The translations under genes were made by a program, and so were the position numbers. A model generated the notes under the pieces. The model had not been told where the DNA came from. It was given only the letters and a program-made list of their open reading frames with translations, and ran no database searches. A DNA stretch of 64,000 nucleotides from Candidatus Aegiribacteria sp. (GTDB lineage Bacteria; Fermentibacterota; Fermentibacteria; Fermentibacterales; JCC-6): positions 6,345 to 70,344 of the forward strand of contig JAIORS010000191.1 of assembly GCA_021108005.1 (NCBI GenBank). The letters are read 5' to 3'. Below, piece after piece: positions 41,113 through 50,474 of this stretch (position 1 is the stretch's first letter; each line of letters starts with the position of its first letter).

Positions 41113-42230
41113 TGGTTTCGAAGGTTGAAATTAATGCAATGAAGAAAGCTTTGAAACTCGCGGTTTACGGTAAGAGAAATACTTTCCCCAACCCCATGGT
41201 GGGCGCTGTTATCCTTGACAAAGATGGAAACCATGCCGGAGATGGTTTCCACCGGAAATGCGGAGCACCCCATGCAGAAGTGGTTGCCATTTCATCAGCG
41301 GGTGACGCATCCTCCGGAGGTACGATGGTTGTAACCCTTGAGCCCTGCTGCCATCAGGGACAAACCGGACCCTGCACCGATGAAATTATCAGGGCAGGGA
41401 TTGCAAGAGTTGTAATCGCTATGACCGATCCCGATCCAAGGGTGAGTGGCAAGGGTATTAAACAACTTGAATCTGCTGGAGTTGAGGTCGAAGCGGGGCT
41501 TCTCTCCGATGAAGCCAGCGCAATGAACAGGGTGTATCTGCACTACCTTGAAACTTCGAGAAGCTGGGTAACACTCAAGATAGCGCTCAGTCTTGATGGC
41601 AGAACAGCCGCGGTTGACGGAAGCAGTAAATGGATTTCATGCGAGGATTCTCGAGAACTGGTACACAGGAAGAGAGCCTCGGTTCAGGCAATCATGACGG
41701 GCGCGGGAACTGTGCGGGATGATGACCCGGAACTGACAGTCCGTATGGCTGATATTCCGCCGGGCGGGCAGCCCGTGAGAATAGTGGTTTCATCCACAGG
41801 CAATTTTGGTGGTTCCAGAAAGATTTTTAGGGCTCCGGGAAAGACTATTATCGCTGTTCCTGAAGGTGTGACAGACCGATTAACTGAATTCAGCGGAATG
41901 TCCGGAGTCGAAGTCTGGGAATTTCCACCGGATTCGTCCACTCCGGGATTCAATCTTGTTCCTCTTTTCGAAAGAACCGCTGATTCGGGTATCGGTGAAA
42001 TACTTTGCGAAGGGGGAAGTGGTCTTTCCACGCAGCTGATGAAAGATCGGCTTGTTCAATCCGTAAGCATTTTCACTGCTCCGGTTATACTTGGTGGAGA
42101 GGGAAGACCGGCTTTCGAGCAGCTTGGAATAGATACTATTGAAGACGCCGTAAGACTTAAAAATGTTTCATCCAGTCGGTCAGGATCCGATTTTTTGACG
42201 GAGGGCGAAATTGTTTACCGGCTTGATTGA
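41112..42230 (+). CDS. ribD: Riboflavin biosynthesis deaminase/reductase
   Basis: CGAPHAEVVAI...TLEPCCHQGQTGPC deaminase plus C-terminal reductase domain. Confidence 0.9.
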   Translation: MVSKVEINAMKKALKLAVYGKRNTFPNPMVGAVILDKDGNHAGDGFHRKCGAPHAEVVAISSAGDASSGGTMVVTLEPCCHQGQTGPCTDEIIRAGIARVVIAMTDPDPRVSGKGIKQLESAGVEVEAGLLSDEASAMNRVYLHYLETSRSWVTLKIALSLDGRTAAVDGSSKWISCEDSRELVHRKRASVQAIMTGAGTVRDDDPELTVRMADIPPGGQPVRIVVSSTGNFGGSRKIFRAPGKTIIAVPEGVTDRLTEFSGMSGVEVWEFPPDSSTPGFNLVPLFERTADSGIGEILCEGGSGLSTQLMKDRLVQSVSIFTAPVILGGEGRPAFEQLGIDTIEDAVRLKNVSSSRSGSDFLTEGEIVYRLD

Positions 42231-42822
42231 GAATACCGGAAGCGTCAAAACCTTCTCAGGTGGCAATCTGACTGTTCATACAACTCTTTCCGAATCCGCC
42301 ACCATGGGTGACAGTATCGCAGTTGATGGCTCATGTCTTACGGTTAGTGGTATAGTTCATCAGGGCCTGTTGTTTCATTGTTCGGCGGAAACCGTTTCAA
42401 GAACCGTTATTTCTCGATACTATCCGGGCACGGAAGTGAATCTTGAGCGTCCTCTTAAACTTTCTGACGGACTGCACGGTCATCTGGTCACTGGCCATGT
42501 GGATGAAACCGCATCCGTTCTGAAGATTGGGAGGTCTGAACAGGATATGACAGTATGGATATCCTGTTCCCGTAAGTATTCCACTCTGCTGGTGGAAAAG
42601 GGTTCCGTAGCCGTCAGCGGAATAAGCCTTACCGTAGCCTCACTTGAGCGGGACAGATTTTCCGTTGCCCTGATACCTGAAACTGTCAGAGGCACTACCG
42701 TTGGAAATTGGAAACCGGGCACTCACGTGAATGTGGAATACGATATCGTAGGCAAGTACGTAAAGAAGCAGACCGATGCAGCCATCGGAGAGAGACGATT
42801 GAGGGATTACCTTGAACAGTAA
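42211..42822 (+). CDS. ribE: Riboflavin synthase alpha subunit
   Basis: [12 protein letters not shown], duplicated barrel motifs ([11 protein letters not shown] / [11 protein letters not shown]). Confidence 0.9.
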   Translation: MFTGLIENTGSVKTFSGGNLTVHTTLSESATMGDSIAVDGSCLTVSGIVHQGLLFHCSAETVSRTVISRYYPGTEVNLERPLKLSDGLHGHLVTGHVDETASVLKIGRSEQDMTVWISCSRKYSTLLVEKGSVAVSGISLTVASLERDRFSVALIPETVRGTTVGNWKPGTHVNVEYDIVGKYVKKQTDAAIGERRLRDYLEQ

Positions 42823-44041
42823 CAGGATTGCGAAGGCAGAGGAAGCAATTGAAGCCATCCGCAGCGGCAGAATGGTTGTTGTTGTTGACGATGAGAACAG
42901 GGAGAACGAAGGAGACCTGATAATCGCGGCCGAGAAGTGTGATGCCGAAGCCGTGAATTTCATGGCTCTTGAAGGAAGGGGACTCATATGCCTTTCAATG
43001 GAGGAGGAAGCGCTTGAAAGGCTGGATATTCATGAAATGGTTCCCAAAAATACGTCACTTCACAAAACAGCGTTCATGGTCAGTATTGACGCAATTAAGG
43101 GAGTCTCAACAGGTATTTCCGCTCATGACAGGGCCAGGACTATAGCCGTGGCCATAGACCCGGCTTCAAAATCATCCGATCTGGCCAGACCAGGACACAT
43201 ATTTCCACTGGCTGCCAGGCCGGGAGGCGTTCTCTCCAGGACGGGTCACACGGAGGCTGCTGTTGATCTCGCAAGGCTGGCTGGATTCAAGACAGCAGGG
43301 GTTATCTGCGAGATCATGAACAGAGACGGTTCCATGGCCAGGCTTCCTCAACTCAGAAAGTTCACCGAAACGCACAGCCTTGTTTTAACATCGGTTGAGG
43401 AATTGGTCAGTTACCGCAGGAAAACCGAAAAGCTGGTAAGAGAAGTCGCCCGGTCAACACTGCCTACCGATTACGGTGTATTCGATCTTCATATATTCGA
43501 GGATACTACAGAGGGAGAGGTACATGTTGCCCTGGTGAAAGGTGATGTGAAGGGTAGAAAGAACGTGCTTGTAAGAGTGCATTCCCAGTGCCTTACAGGT
43601 GATGTTTTCGCATCCCGCAGGTGTGATTGCGGAAGCCAGCTCCATGCGGCAATGAGGAGAGTTGAATCGGAGGGGCAAGGAGTAATTCTTTACATGGCTC
43701 AGGAGGGACGCGGAATAGGCCTTGCAAACAAGATAAAAGCGTACCATCTGCAGGATCACGGGCTGGATACAGTTGAGGCAAATGAGGAACTTGGTTTTCC
43801 AGCGGATCTCAGGGATTATGGTACTGGTGCGCAAATCCTGGCGGAGCTTGGCCTTTCAACCATAAGGCTCATGACGAACAATCCAAAGAAGATAGTAGGA
43901 CTGAAGGGATACGGGCTTGAGATAACGGAAAGGGTCAGGATAGAAATTCCGCCTACGGAAGAGAACCTCCATTACCTCAGAACAAAAAAGACTAAACTCG
44001 GGCATATGCTGGAGGGAGTAGATGATGACCTGGATTCATGA
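42812..44041 (+). CDS. ribBA: Bifunctional DHBP synthase / GTP cyclohydrolase II
   Basis: [19 protein letters not shown] (RibB) and [20 protein letters not shown] (RibA zinc site). Confidence 0.93.
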   Translation: MNSNRIAKAEEAIEAIRSGRMVVVVDDENRENEGDLIIAAEKCDAEAVNFMALEGRGLICLSMEEEALERLDIHEMVPKNTSLHKTAFMVSIDAIKGVSTGISAHDRARTIAVAIDPASKSSDLARPGHIFPLAARPGGVLSRTGHTEAAVDLARLAGFKTAGVICEIMNRDGSMARLPQLRKFTETHSLVLTSVEELVSYRRKTEKLVREVARSTLPTDYGVFDLHIFEDTTEGEVHVALVKGDVKGRKNVLVRVHSQCLTGDVFASRRCDCGSQLHAAMRRVESEGQGVILYMAQEGRGIGLANKIKAYHLQDHGLDTVEANEELGFPADLRDYGTGAQILAELGLSTIRLMTNNPKKIVGLKGYGLEITERVRIEIPPTEENLHYLRTKKTKLGHMLEGVDDDLDS

Positions 44042-44546
44042 AGGTAAACTGGACGGTACAGGTATTAAACCTGCTATTGTAGTATCAAGATTCAACAGTT
44101 TCATTACAAAAAAGCTTCTTGACGGATCTCTGGACTGTCTGGAAAGACATGGTGTTAACACCGATGATATTAACGTATTCTGGGTACCCGGAGCATGGGA
44201 AATTCCCCCCGTATCCGTGAGGATAGCCGATACGGGAATGTTCGATTGTGTTATCTGTCTCGGTGCGGTCATTCGCGGAGAGACTCCCCATTTCGAGTAC
44301 GTATCCGCTGAAAGCGCAAAGGGCGTAGCCCAGGCCGCGATGCTTACGGATGTTCCCGTCATTTACGGCATCATAACCGCGGACACAGTTGATCAGGCCG
44401 TTGACAGGGCCGGGACCAAATCCGGCAACAAAGGTTTCGACGCGGCCATGACAGCTCTTGAAATGACGGCTCTTTACGACTATGTCGCGGATCTTGATGA
44501 ATCAATGGATTACGATAACGCTGAAGAGGAGTCGACCGAGGAGTAA
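44022..44546 (+). CDS. ribH: 6,7-dimethyl-8-ribityllumazine synthase
   Basis: IAIVVSRFN-type core ([16 protein letters not shown]), VPGAWEIP. Confidence 0.9.
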   Translation: MMTWIHEGKLDGTGIKPAIVVSRFNSFITKKLLDGSLDCLERHGVNTDDINVFWVPGAWEIPPVSVRIADTGMFDCVICLGAVIRGETPHFEYVSAESAKGVAQAAMLTDVPVIYGIITADTVDQAVDRAGTKSGNKGFDAAMTALEMTALYDYVADLDESMDYDNAEEESTEE

Positions 44547-45004
44547 TGGGTGTAAGAAGCAGAGGCCGGAAAGCACTTCTTCAGGCCAGGTACGGAGCTG
44601 AAGTGAACAGCAGATCCCTACAGGCGAACCTGGAGGATATCAGGCAGTATCTGGCCGATCCTGACCTTGGAATGGGTGTTCCTTTTGAGATGGAGGATTG
44701 GAACTGGGTATCCGACCTTGCCAGAGCTGTTCTTGAAAACAGAACCGAAATAGACGCGAGACTCGAAGAAGTCCTTGAGAACTGGACAGTAGACAGGCTC
44801 AGTCTTGTTACACGCCTGATTCTTGAACAGGCTCTGGGGGAAATGTACTATTTCCAGCCGTTAACTCCGGTTCCCGTTGCCATTAACGAAGCTATCGAGC
44901 TGGCAAAGGCTTTCGACGAAGATGAATCCGCTGGTTTTGTGAATAGCGTTCTGGATAAAATTGCTAAAATCGGGAACTCCGAAGATCCTCCTCAGGGGAC
45001 ATAA
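44546..45004 (+). CDS. nusB: Transcription antitermination factor NusB
   Basis: RRKAREALLQALY-type N-terminus (RGRKALLQARYGAE). Downstream of ribH, as in many bacteria. Confidence 0.85.
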   Translation: MGVRSRGRKALLQARYGAEVNSRSLQANLEDIRQYLADPDLGMGVPFEMEDWNWVSDLARAVLENRTEIDARLEEVLENWTVDRLSLVTRLILEQALGEMYYFQPLTPVPVAINEAIELAKAFDEDESAGFVNSVLDKIAKIGNSEDPPQGT

Positions 45005-45007
45005 TTA

Positions 45008-45718
45008 ATGCTCATTAGAATCATTTCCGATATTCACAGTAATTACCAGGCTCTCGAAGCGGTTCTGAACGACCCGACCGGGAAAGATGCGGAAAAGACT
45101 TTATGCCTTGGCGATATCGTGGGTTACGGAGCCGATCCCTCCAGATGCATTGAGAGGGTACGGCAGGAATGCGACATCGTAGTTTCTGGTAACCATGACG
45201 CTGGAGCGGCAGGGCGGGTATCTCTCGACAGGTACAACTGGGAGGGAGCTACGGCTTTAAGATGGACAAGATCAATTCTTTCTCAGGATGAAAAGGACTG
45301 GCTGTCACTTATTCCGTACTTCGCTGAGTACGAGAATTTCTTTCTCTGTCACAGTTACCCGGCCGATCCTGAAAACTGGACGTACGTTCTCCGGCGGAAT
45401 CAAGCCCTTGAATCCATAAACGCGAGGCAGGGGTATATATCGCTTATAGGACATACACACCTTCCCGGCTGCTGGATGGAAGATGGCAACTACACCGATG
45501 CTTCGAAGGGAGATTTTTCGAAGGTCAGGCTTGTTAACGCTGGCAGTGTTGGACAGCCAAGGGACAGAGATCCAAGGGCGGCTTACCTTCTCATTGATAC
45601 CGAAGCTGGAACGTGGGAACACCGCAGGGTGAAGTACAGCATCGATGACGCCGCCGCCAGAATAAAGGAAGTTGCGCTGCCCCCCATTCTATGGGAGAGA
45701 CTTTACCGAGGACACTGA
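45008..45718 (+). CDS. Calcineurin-like metallophosphoesterase (YfcE/MJ0936-like)
   Basis: ISDIHSN, GDIVGYGADP, GNHD, GHTH motifs. Confidence 0.8.
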   Translation: MLIRIISDIHSNYQALEAVLNDPTGKDAEKTLCLGDIVGYGADPSRCIERVRQECDIVVSGNHDAGAAGRVSLDRYNWEGATALRWTRSILSQDEKDWLSLIPYFAEYENFFLCHSYPADPENWTYVLRRNQALESINARQGYISLIGHTHLPGCWMEDGNYTDASKGDFSKVRLVNAGSVGQPRDRDPRAAYLLIDTEAGTWEHRRVKYSIDDAAARIKEVALPPILWERLYRGH

Positions 45719-45719
45719 T

Positions 45720-45751
45720 GGGGTCGGACTTCACTTGCGGCACTTACGCAG
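45720..45751. repeat. GGGTC-headed intergenic repeat, copy A
   Basis: GGGGTCGGACTTCACTTGCGGCACTTACGCAG immediately after the phosphoesterase stop. Related copies at 46453, 51943 and 55283. Confidence 0.5.
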
Positions 45752-45877
45752 TTTAAGCACAGTTTATTAGACAACAGTTATTCAATACATGCACGTGGAT
45801 TCTGAAATTGACCAGGCTGAAATCCGGCAGTATCATTATTCTGGATGTAGAAAACGATATGAAGAAACAGAAGTCGT

Positions 45878-46429
45878 ATGTCGGGAGCAGGAATGAATAT
45901 TAGAAGCGCATTGTTGTCTATAGCAGTTGCTCTTTTTTCTACGAGTTTTGTTTCAGCCGATCCGGTACCGATACCTCCGGCTGAAAACAGATTCAGTATC
46001 ATGCAAACATTGGAAATGACATTTCACATGGAGAGCCCTCTTGATCAGCATTCCATGAATACCTGGATCATCTATGGAGGTCCTTCCCTGGTCTATATCT
46101 GGATCCCGGATGAAATAGTGGGTTCTGGTATCGGTTTGGAGTTAGGAGGGGAACTTCGGAAATATTTCATTGAACCTTATTCTGGTATTTTTTTTGGTGC
46201 GTATATGGGTGCCGGTATTTTATTCAGGACAGGTGAGGAACACATAGAGGCTATTTCTTCAGGTCTCAAGCTTGGATGGCGTATCCCCCTGATAAGAGCA
46301 GCGCTTCCTCTGGACCTTGAACCGTACATTGGTGTTGGTATTAAGCTGCTCAGTAACGAAAATGATGTGTGGGGCGAAAATTACTCCCATGTTACTTTAT
46401 ATCTTGGAACCAAGGTTGAACTGTACTGA
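45878..46429 (+). CDS. Small outer-membrane beta-barrel-like protein (OmpW/OmpX-like size)
   Basis: Signal peptide, alternating amphipathic beta-strand pattern, C-terminal aromatic (…GTKVELY). Confidence 0.45.
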   Translation: MSGAGMNIRSALLSIAVALFSTSFVSADPVPIPPAENRFSIMQTLEMTFHMESPLDQHSMNTWIIYGGPSLVYIWIPDEIVGSGIGLELGGELRKYFIEPYSGIFFGAYMGAGILFRTGEEHIEAISSGLKLGWRIPLIRAALPLDLEPYIGVGIKLLSNENDVWGENYSHVTLYLGTKVELY

Positions 46430-46452
46430 TCGATCAGAAGTACAGAGTCAAG

Positions 46453-46482
46453 GGGTCGGACTTCACTTGCGGCACTTGCAGA
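46453..46482. repeat. GGGTC-headed intergenic repeat, copy B
   Basis: GGGGTCGGACTTCACTTGCGGCACTTGCAG. First 26 nt identical to copy A. Contains the tandem 7-mer CACTTGC ×2. Confidence 0.5.
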
Positions 46483-46489
46483 AATAGAA

Positions 46490-47656
46490 TCAGATCTCCG
46501 TTTCGTCAGTTTTCTCAGGAAGCTTCAGTTCCGTGGAGAACCTCGCGAGCAGTTCCATTTCCGTTTTACCTTTCGCAGCGCTGGCTGAGAGCCTCGCTAT
46601 ATCCGAAAAGATATTTAGTCTTATCTCAATGGGAAGGCAAGAAGCGCTGTATATGGATTTTCGCAGTCTCGTTTCAAGATCAAGTGAATTGGAATTTCTT
46701 GCGAATTCGATTGCTTCGCTTGCCACATTGTCACCAAAAGTTTTCTGGAGTAGCACCTGCTCCTGTTGATTGAGCATGCCATCCGCCAGGAAGAGCGCGA
46801 GTGTTCCCCATAGAACAGCTTCAAATGCTGCGGCTTCGTTTATCTTTACCAGGTGAAACCCGCCGACAGCGGCAAGTTCTTTCTGGATCTTTTTTTCGAG
46901 CTTCTCCCATTCCAGGGGGGCTTTCCCCTTTTTCCCGGTAAATTTGTAGTACCGGTCACTCATCTCGAACCACAGGAGGGCTCTGACCCTTGAGGTGATT
47001 AAAGGATGCGTGGACAGAAGCTGAAACTTGGATCCTCCCATATCCAGCAATTCCCTTGCCTGGTCAAGGTAGGTGGTAAGGTCGAATCTTATATATTTGT
47101 CGCTCAATCCTGATGCCAGTTTGAGCATTCCCCTGAACGAGGATTCTGTTGATCCGCAGGATATAAAGCCTATCCTGTCCGCGCTTATTTCCCTTGCCCT
47201 TGAAAGAGCGAGCAGGTTGAAATTCTCCAACGGCGAACCGTCAGGATTCGGTGGTGGATACCGCAGGTGGCCGAAGAGGGTGTGAGATATTTCATGACCG
47301 ACGATGAATTTTATCTCGCTGGCGCTGAATCTCTCTATCAGGCCTGAGCTGAGCGCAAGGGTTACAGATCCGCCCTTGCCCTCACCGAAACTGTACGCCT
47401 GGCCCTCGCCGGAGTTAAAAACGTAACCCTCAACGGTTCTGTCGGGAATGAGTTTCTTTCTTACATCTTCGATTAATTCAGCGATCTCGGGAAAGAGCTC
47501 TGGTGCGATGAGAACAGAATGTGATAGATTCCGGCTCCTTACTTCGATCTGTTTCTCTTCTATGCCATCCTCGACTGAGCTGAAGCCATACTCATCGAGG
47601 GAATCATTTTCGAACCTGAAATCCTCGATCTGAAATGGCAGCTTAGCTTTTTTCAT
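46490..47656 (-). CDS. Soluble M48/HtpX-like HExxH metallopeptidase fused to a C-terminal TerB-like domain
   Basis: FIVGHEISHTLFGH zinc motif with no TM helices. C-terminal helical domain with TerB-like LALFLADGMLNQQEQ and ARLSASAAKG...ELLARF halves. ATG at 47656 (MKKAKLPF) chosen; it overlaps the upstream gene by 14 nt. Confidence 0.55.
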   Translation of the reverse strand: MKKAKLPFQIEDFRFENDSLDEYGFSSVEDGIEEKQIEVRSRNLSHSVLIAPELFPEIAELIEDVRKKLIPDRTVEGYVFNSGEGQAYSFGEGKGGSVTLALSSGLIERFSASEIKFIVGHEISHTLFGHLRYPPPNPDGSPLENFNLLALSRAREISADRIGFISCGSTESSFRGMLKLASGLSDKYIRFDLTTYLDQARELLDMGGSKFQLLSTHPLITSRVRALLWFEMSDRYYKFTGKKGKAPLEWEKLEKKIQKELAAVGGFHLVKINEAAAFEAVLWGTLALFLADGMLNQQEQVLLQKTFGDNVASEAIEFARNSNSLDLETRLRKSIYSASCLPIEIRLNIFSDIARLSASAAKGKTEMELLARFSTELKLPEKTDETEI

Positions 47657-48902
47657 CACTGCCTTCGAGGAGAGCCATTTCTTTGGAAATAAGTTCCTGC
47701 ATCTGCCGTGCCTGCGCCTGTTTCTCAGGGTTGGAATGTGTGGCCAGGGCGCGCCACTTCCTGTTCTCTTTTCTGAGATGCTTTCTTTTCTGTTCGACTG
47801 TCCAGGAGGGGTCAATGCCCAGTTTTGTGTTGATATTATCGGTTTCAAATATATCTATCGGAAGTATCTTCTCTATCATGGTTCTGAAGCGTTCGTGATC
47901 AACGCCCAGATTTTCGGCGAGAGAGTTAACCAGTTCAAGTTCAGTGTCCACGGCTTTTCCATCTGCGCTGGCCACCTTCAGGCAGAGTTCGAGTATGTCG
48001 TACTTGTCTCCCATGGATGAGGCCGGAATGGGATTCATCTCGATGAGGTCACTGCAGAGAGGGATGATGTCTTCGGGAACTGAGCTAGCGGAGGCCATCA
48101 TCGCCGATTCCACGGCGCTGTTAAGCTTCTGCTTAACCTCCTGCTTCTGTGATTCCACACTGCTTTCGATTCGCTTTTGTATCCATTCCTTGACAACACG
48201 GCCCTCGGTTCCCGAGAAATTCCCGTCAGCGGCGCTTACCGAGACCGCGAGCTTAACTGCCAGTTCCGCTGCTCTTAGCCTCGACTTCATATTGTCCATG
48301 TAACCAGACTGAGTATTCACAAAATATATTTCTGATTTTGACTTTACCAGTACCGTTTTATCGGGAGCAATAATTGTTACTTCGAAAAGAAGCAGTCTCT
48401 TTCCCCTTGCGGGGAAGGTCAGGGTTTCAATTGGTATGGATAACATCGGTTGCCAGACGGAGAGAAGAGACTTCATGAATGGAAGTATATCCATGGTCGA
48501 AGAGAAAAAGGCGGTAGTATCCTGGTACTGGAGGTTGTCCAGAGAACAGAGAACCGGTTTCTGATCATCCTTCCCATTGGTGATATCAAAGAGGGTTATT
48601 GTTTTCAATACCGGGCAGTTGTTCATTGGCGCGTTTATCGGTCCCTGCATCTCGATAGTGAAAACTTCCATCGTGATCTCTCCGAAATCCTTCATCTCGG
48701 TGGAGACATATGTCTGGAAAAGGAAGTTTGTCGTTGTAGGTCTTGGCCCGTTCTTAGCTTCTTTTCTCGTTTTCGTGCCCGATGATTTCTTCTCATCTTC
48801 AGAACCTGCTACCCCTGCAACTATTCCAATAACTACAATAAGCAGAACTATGCCGCAGCAGATTGGAGGTGCCAGGGAACTAAGGACAATTGTCGCTATC
48901 AA
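47643..48902 (-). CDS. DjlA-like membrane co-chaperone candidate: N-terminal TM anchor, TerB-like domain, C-terminal J-like domain with non-canonical HPD (HSNPE)
   Basis: TM helix at aa 1-32. TerB-like halves (AVSVSAADGNFSGTEGRVVKEWI and LKVASADGKAVDTELELVNSLAENLGV). C-terminal tail KRKHLRKENRKWRALATHSNPEKQAQARQMQELISKEMALL resembles the DjlA J-domain (AYRKLMSEHHPDK...KQKAQEIQQAYELI). Confidence 0.5.
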   Translation of the reverse strand: MIATIVLSSLAPPICCGIVLLIVVIGIVAGVAGSEDEKKSSGTKTRKEAKNGPRPTTTNFLFQTYVSTEMKDFGEITMEVFTIEMQGPINAPMNNCPVLKTITLFDITNGKDDQKPVLCSLDNLQYQDTTAFFSSTMDILPFMKSLLSVWQPMLSIPIETLTFPARGKRLLLFEVTIIAPDKTVLVKSKSEIYFVNTQSGYMDNMKSRLRAAELAVKLAVSVSAADGNFSGTEGRVVKEWIQKRIESSVESQKQEVKQKLNSAVESAMMASASSVPEDIIPLCSDLIEMNPIPASSMGDKYDILELCLKVASADGKAVDTELELVNSLAENLGVDHERFRTMIEKILPIDIFETDNINTKLGIDPSWTVEQKRKHLRKENRKWRALATHSNPEKQAQARQMQELISKEMALLEGSDEKS

Positions 48903-48911
48903 AACCGTCTC

Positions 48912-50474
48912 CTATTCAACCTGGAAAACCCGAAGGCTGGACCTTCTTCGTTCCACCTCGGACTGGGACATCTGTCCCGCCTGGGTATCTATGTCCATCT
49001 CCAGTTTTCTGCCCGACTCCTCGTCCTTGAATACGCAGTGCATTCTCTGGTTTGTATCGTAGCTGTATTGAACCTTGACAGGCTTGTTGGCCTCCCGGTT
49101 GGGTGGAAGATCCAGGTGACCGATGGACACGATATTCACAATATCCGGATCGGTACTTTCAATGACGTGCTGAGTAACTTTAGCTTCTATCTCTACCTGG
49201 CCCTTTGCGGCGGTGTAATAGGTTCTCTCAACCTGACATGGCAGGGTCGTATTCTTCGGAATGAGAACATCATTTATCAGGATTTTTCTCCCGGTTTCCT
49301 GATCAATGGTTGCGATTATAGTTCCATAGCAGTGTCCGCAGACTTCCTTCAGCTTGATATCCCCGAGCCCAGCGGCTACTCCGCTGGGAACTTTGGATGC
49401 GTCCTGTTCCATCAGCTTCAACCCTGCATGGAGAGCGGCTCCAAGGGCAACGCACTCGTCCGCGTTCACCGCAACCGTAGGAGGTTTGCCGAACATCTTC
49501 TCGAGTCTCTTCTGGATCACAGGTATACGGGTGCTTCCTCCCACAAGCAGCACTCTGTCAATCTGATTCGGTTCGAGTTCGGCTTCGTCGAGCACATCCT
49601 CCACAAGCATGTCTATCCTTGCAGTCAGGGGTGAGATAAGTTCCTCGAACTTCTGCCTGCTCAACTCGTGCTTAAAACTACCCTCGTTTCCAACCAGAAG
49701 TGTTTTAACAGATGGACGTTTTGAAAGTGATTTTTTTGCGTCTTCAGCCTCTATCTCGTACCTTGCCCGGTCTTCCGGAGTTGGAAACAGATCTCCATTC
49801 TTCTCACTGCTGTAAACATCTTTGAAGTTCTCGACCAGTTTCTGGTCGAACTCGTACCCACCCAGCTGATGGTCACCGGTGGAACAGACGATATCGATCT
49901 TCTTTCCCTGAACGTTCATAACTGTAACATCGAAAGTGCCACCGCCCAGATCGAACACCAGTATCTTTCCCGATACGTCCTGCTCAGACGCGTAGAATAA
50001 AGCTGCAGCCGTCGGCTCATTAACTATTCCTATTACGTTAAGACCGGCCATCTTGCCAGCGTCCATTGTGGCCTTCCGTCGAACTTCGTCGAAGTAGGCC
50101 GGAACGGTAACGACAACATCGGAGATTTCGCCCACCTGCTTCGAACATTCCTCTTTCAACTTTCGAAGGATAAGCGAAGAGAGTTCAGCGGGAGTCCACT
50201 GTTTTCCCATGACTTCCTGGGGATAGAAAGGATCCCCCATGTAACGTTTCACCCATCGGGCTGACCTTGTGACATCATCGGCCCTGGCATTAATGGCTTC
50301 ACGACCCACGAGCACGGTTTCCTGGCTGTCATCGGGAAAATAGATCGCTGAGGGTGTAATTCGCTCACCATCGGAATTGGGAACCGTCTCGGGTTTCCCT
50401 ATACTGTTAAGAATAGCCAAACCAGAAAAGGTCGTTCCCAGATCTATGCCTGCAATGTTACTCAATGTCATCAC
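48912..50474 (-). CDS. Hsp70-family ATPase paralog (520 aa), lidless substrate-binding domain
   Basis: [36 protein letters not shown] actin-like ATPase motifs, followed by a beta-sandwich SBD without the helical lid or EEVD tail. Distinct from the canonical dnaK at 4062. Confidence 0.85.
   Translation of the reverse strand: MMTLSNIAGIDLGTTFSGLAILNSIGKPETVPNSDGERITPSAIYFPDDSQETVLVGREAINARADDVTRSARWVKRYMGDPFYPQEVMGKQWTPAELSSLILRKLKEECSKQVGEISDVVVTVPAYFDEVRRKATMDAGKMAGLNVIGIVNEPTAAALFYASEQDVSGKILVFDLGGGTFDVTVMNVQGKKIDIVCSTGDHQLGGYEFDQKLVENFKDVYSSEKNGDLFPTPEDRARYEIEAEDAKKSLSKRPSVKTLLVGNEGSFKHELSRQKFEELISPLTARIDMLVEDVLDEAELEPNQIDRVLLVGGSTRIPVIQKRLEKMFGKPPTVAVNADECVALGAALHAGLKLMEQDASKVPSGVAAGLGDIKLKEVCGHCYGTIIATIDQETGRKILINDVLIPKNTTLPCQVERTYYTAAKGQVEIEAKVTQHVIESTDPDIVNIVSIGHLDLPPNREANKPVKVQYSYDTNQRMHCVFKDEESGRKLEMDIDTQAGQMSQSEVERRRSSLRVFQVE

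Noticed and set aside
45720-45751. GGGTC-headed repeat as a simple Rho-independent terminator
   Set aside because: No stable GC stem followed by a T-tract. It contains a tandem CACTTGC 7-mer instead, so it is treated as a repeat family member.
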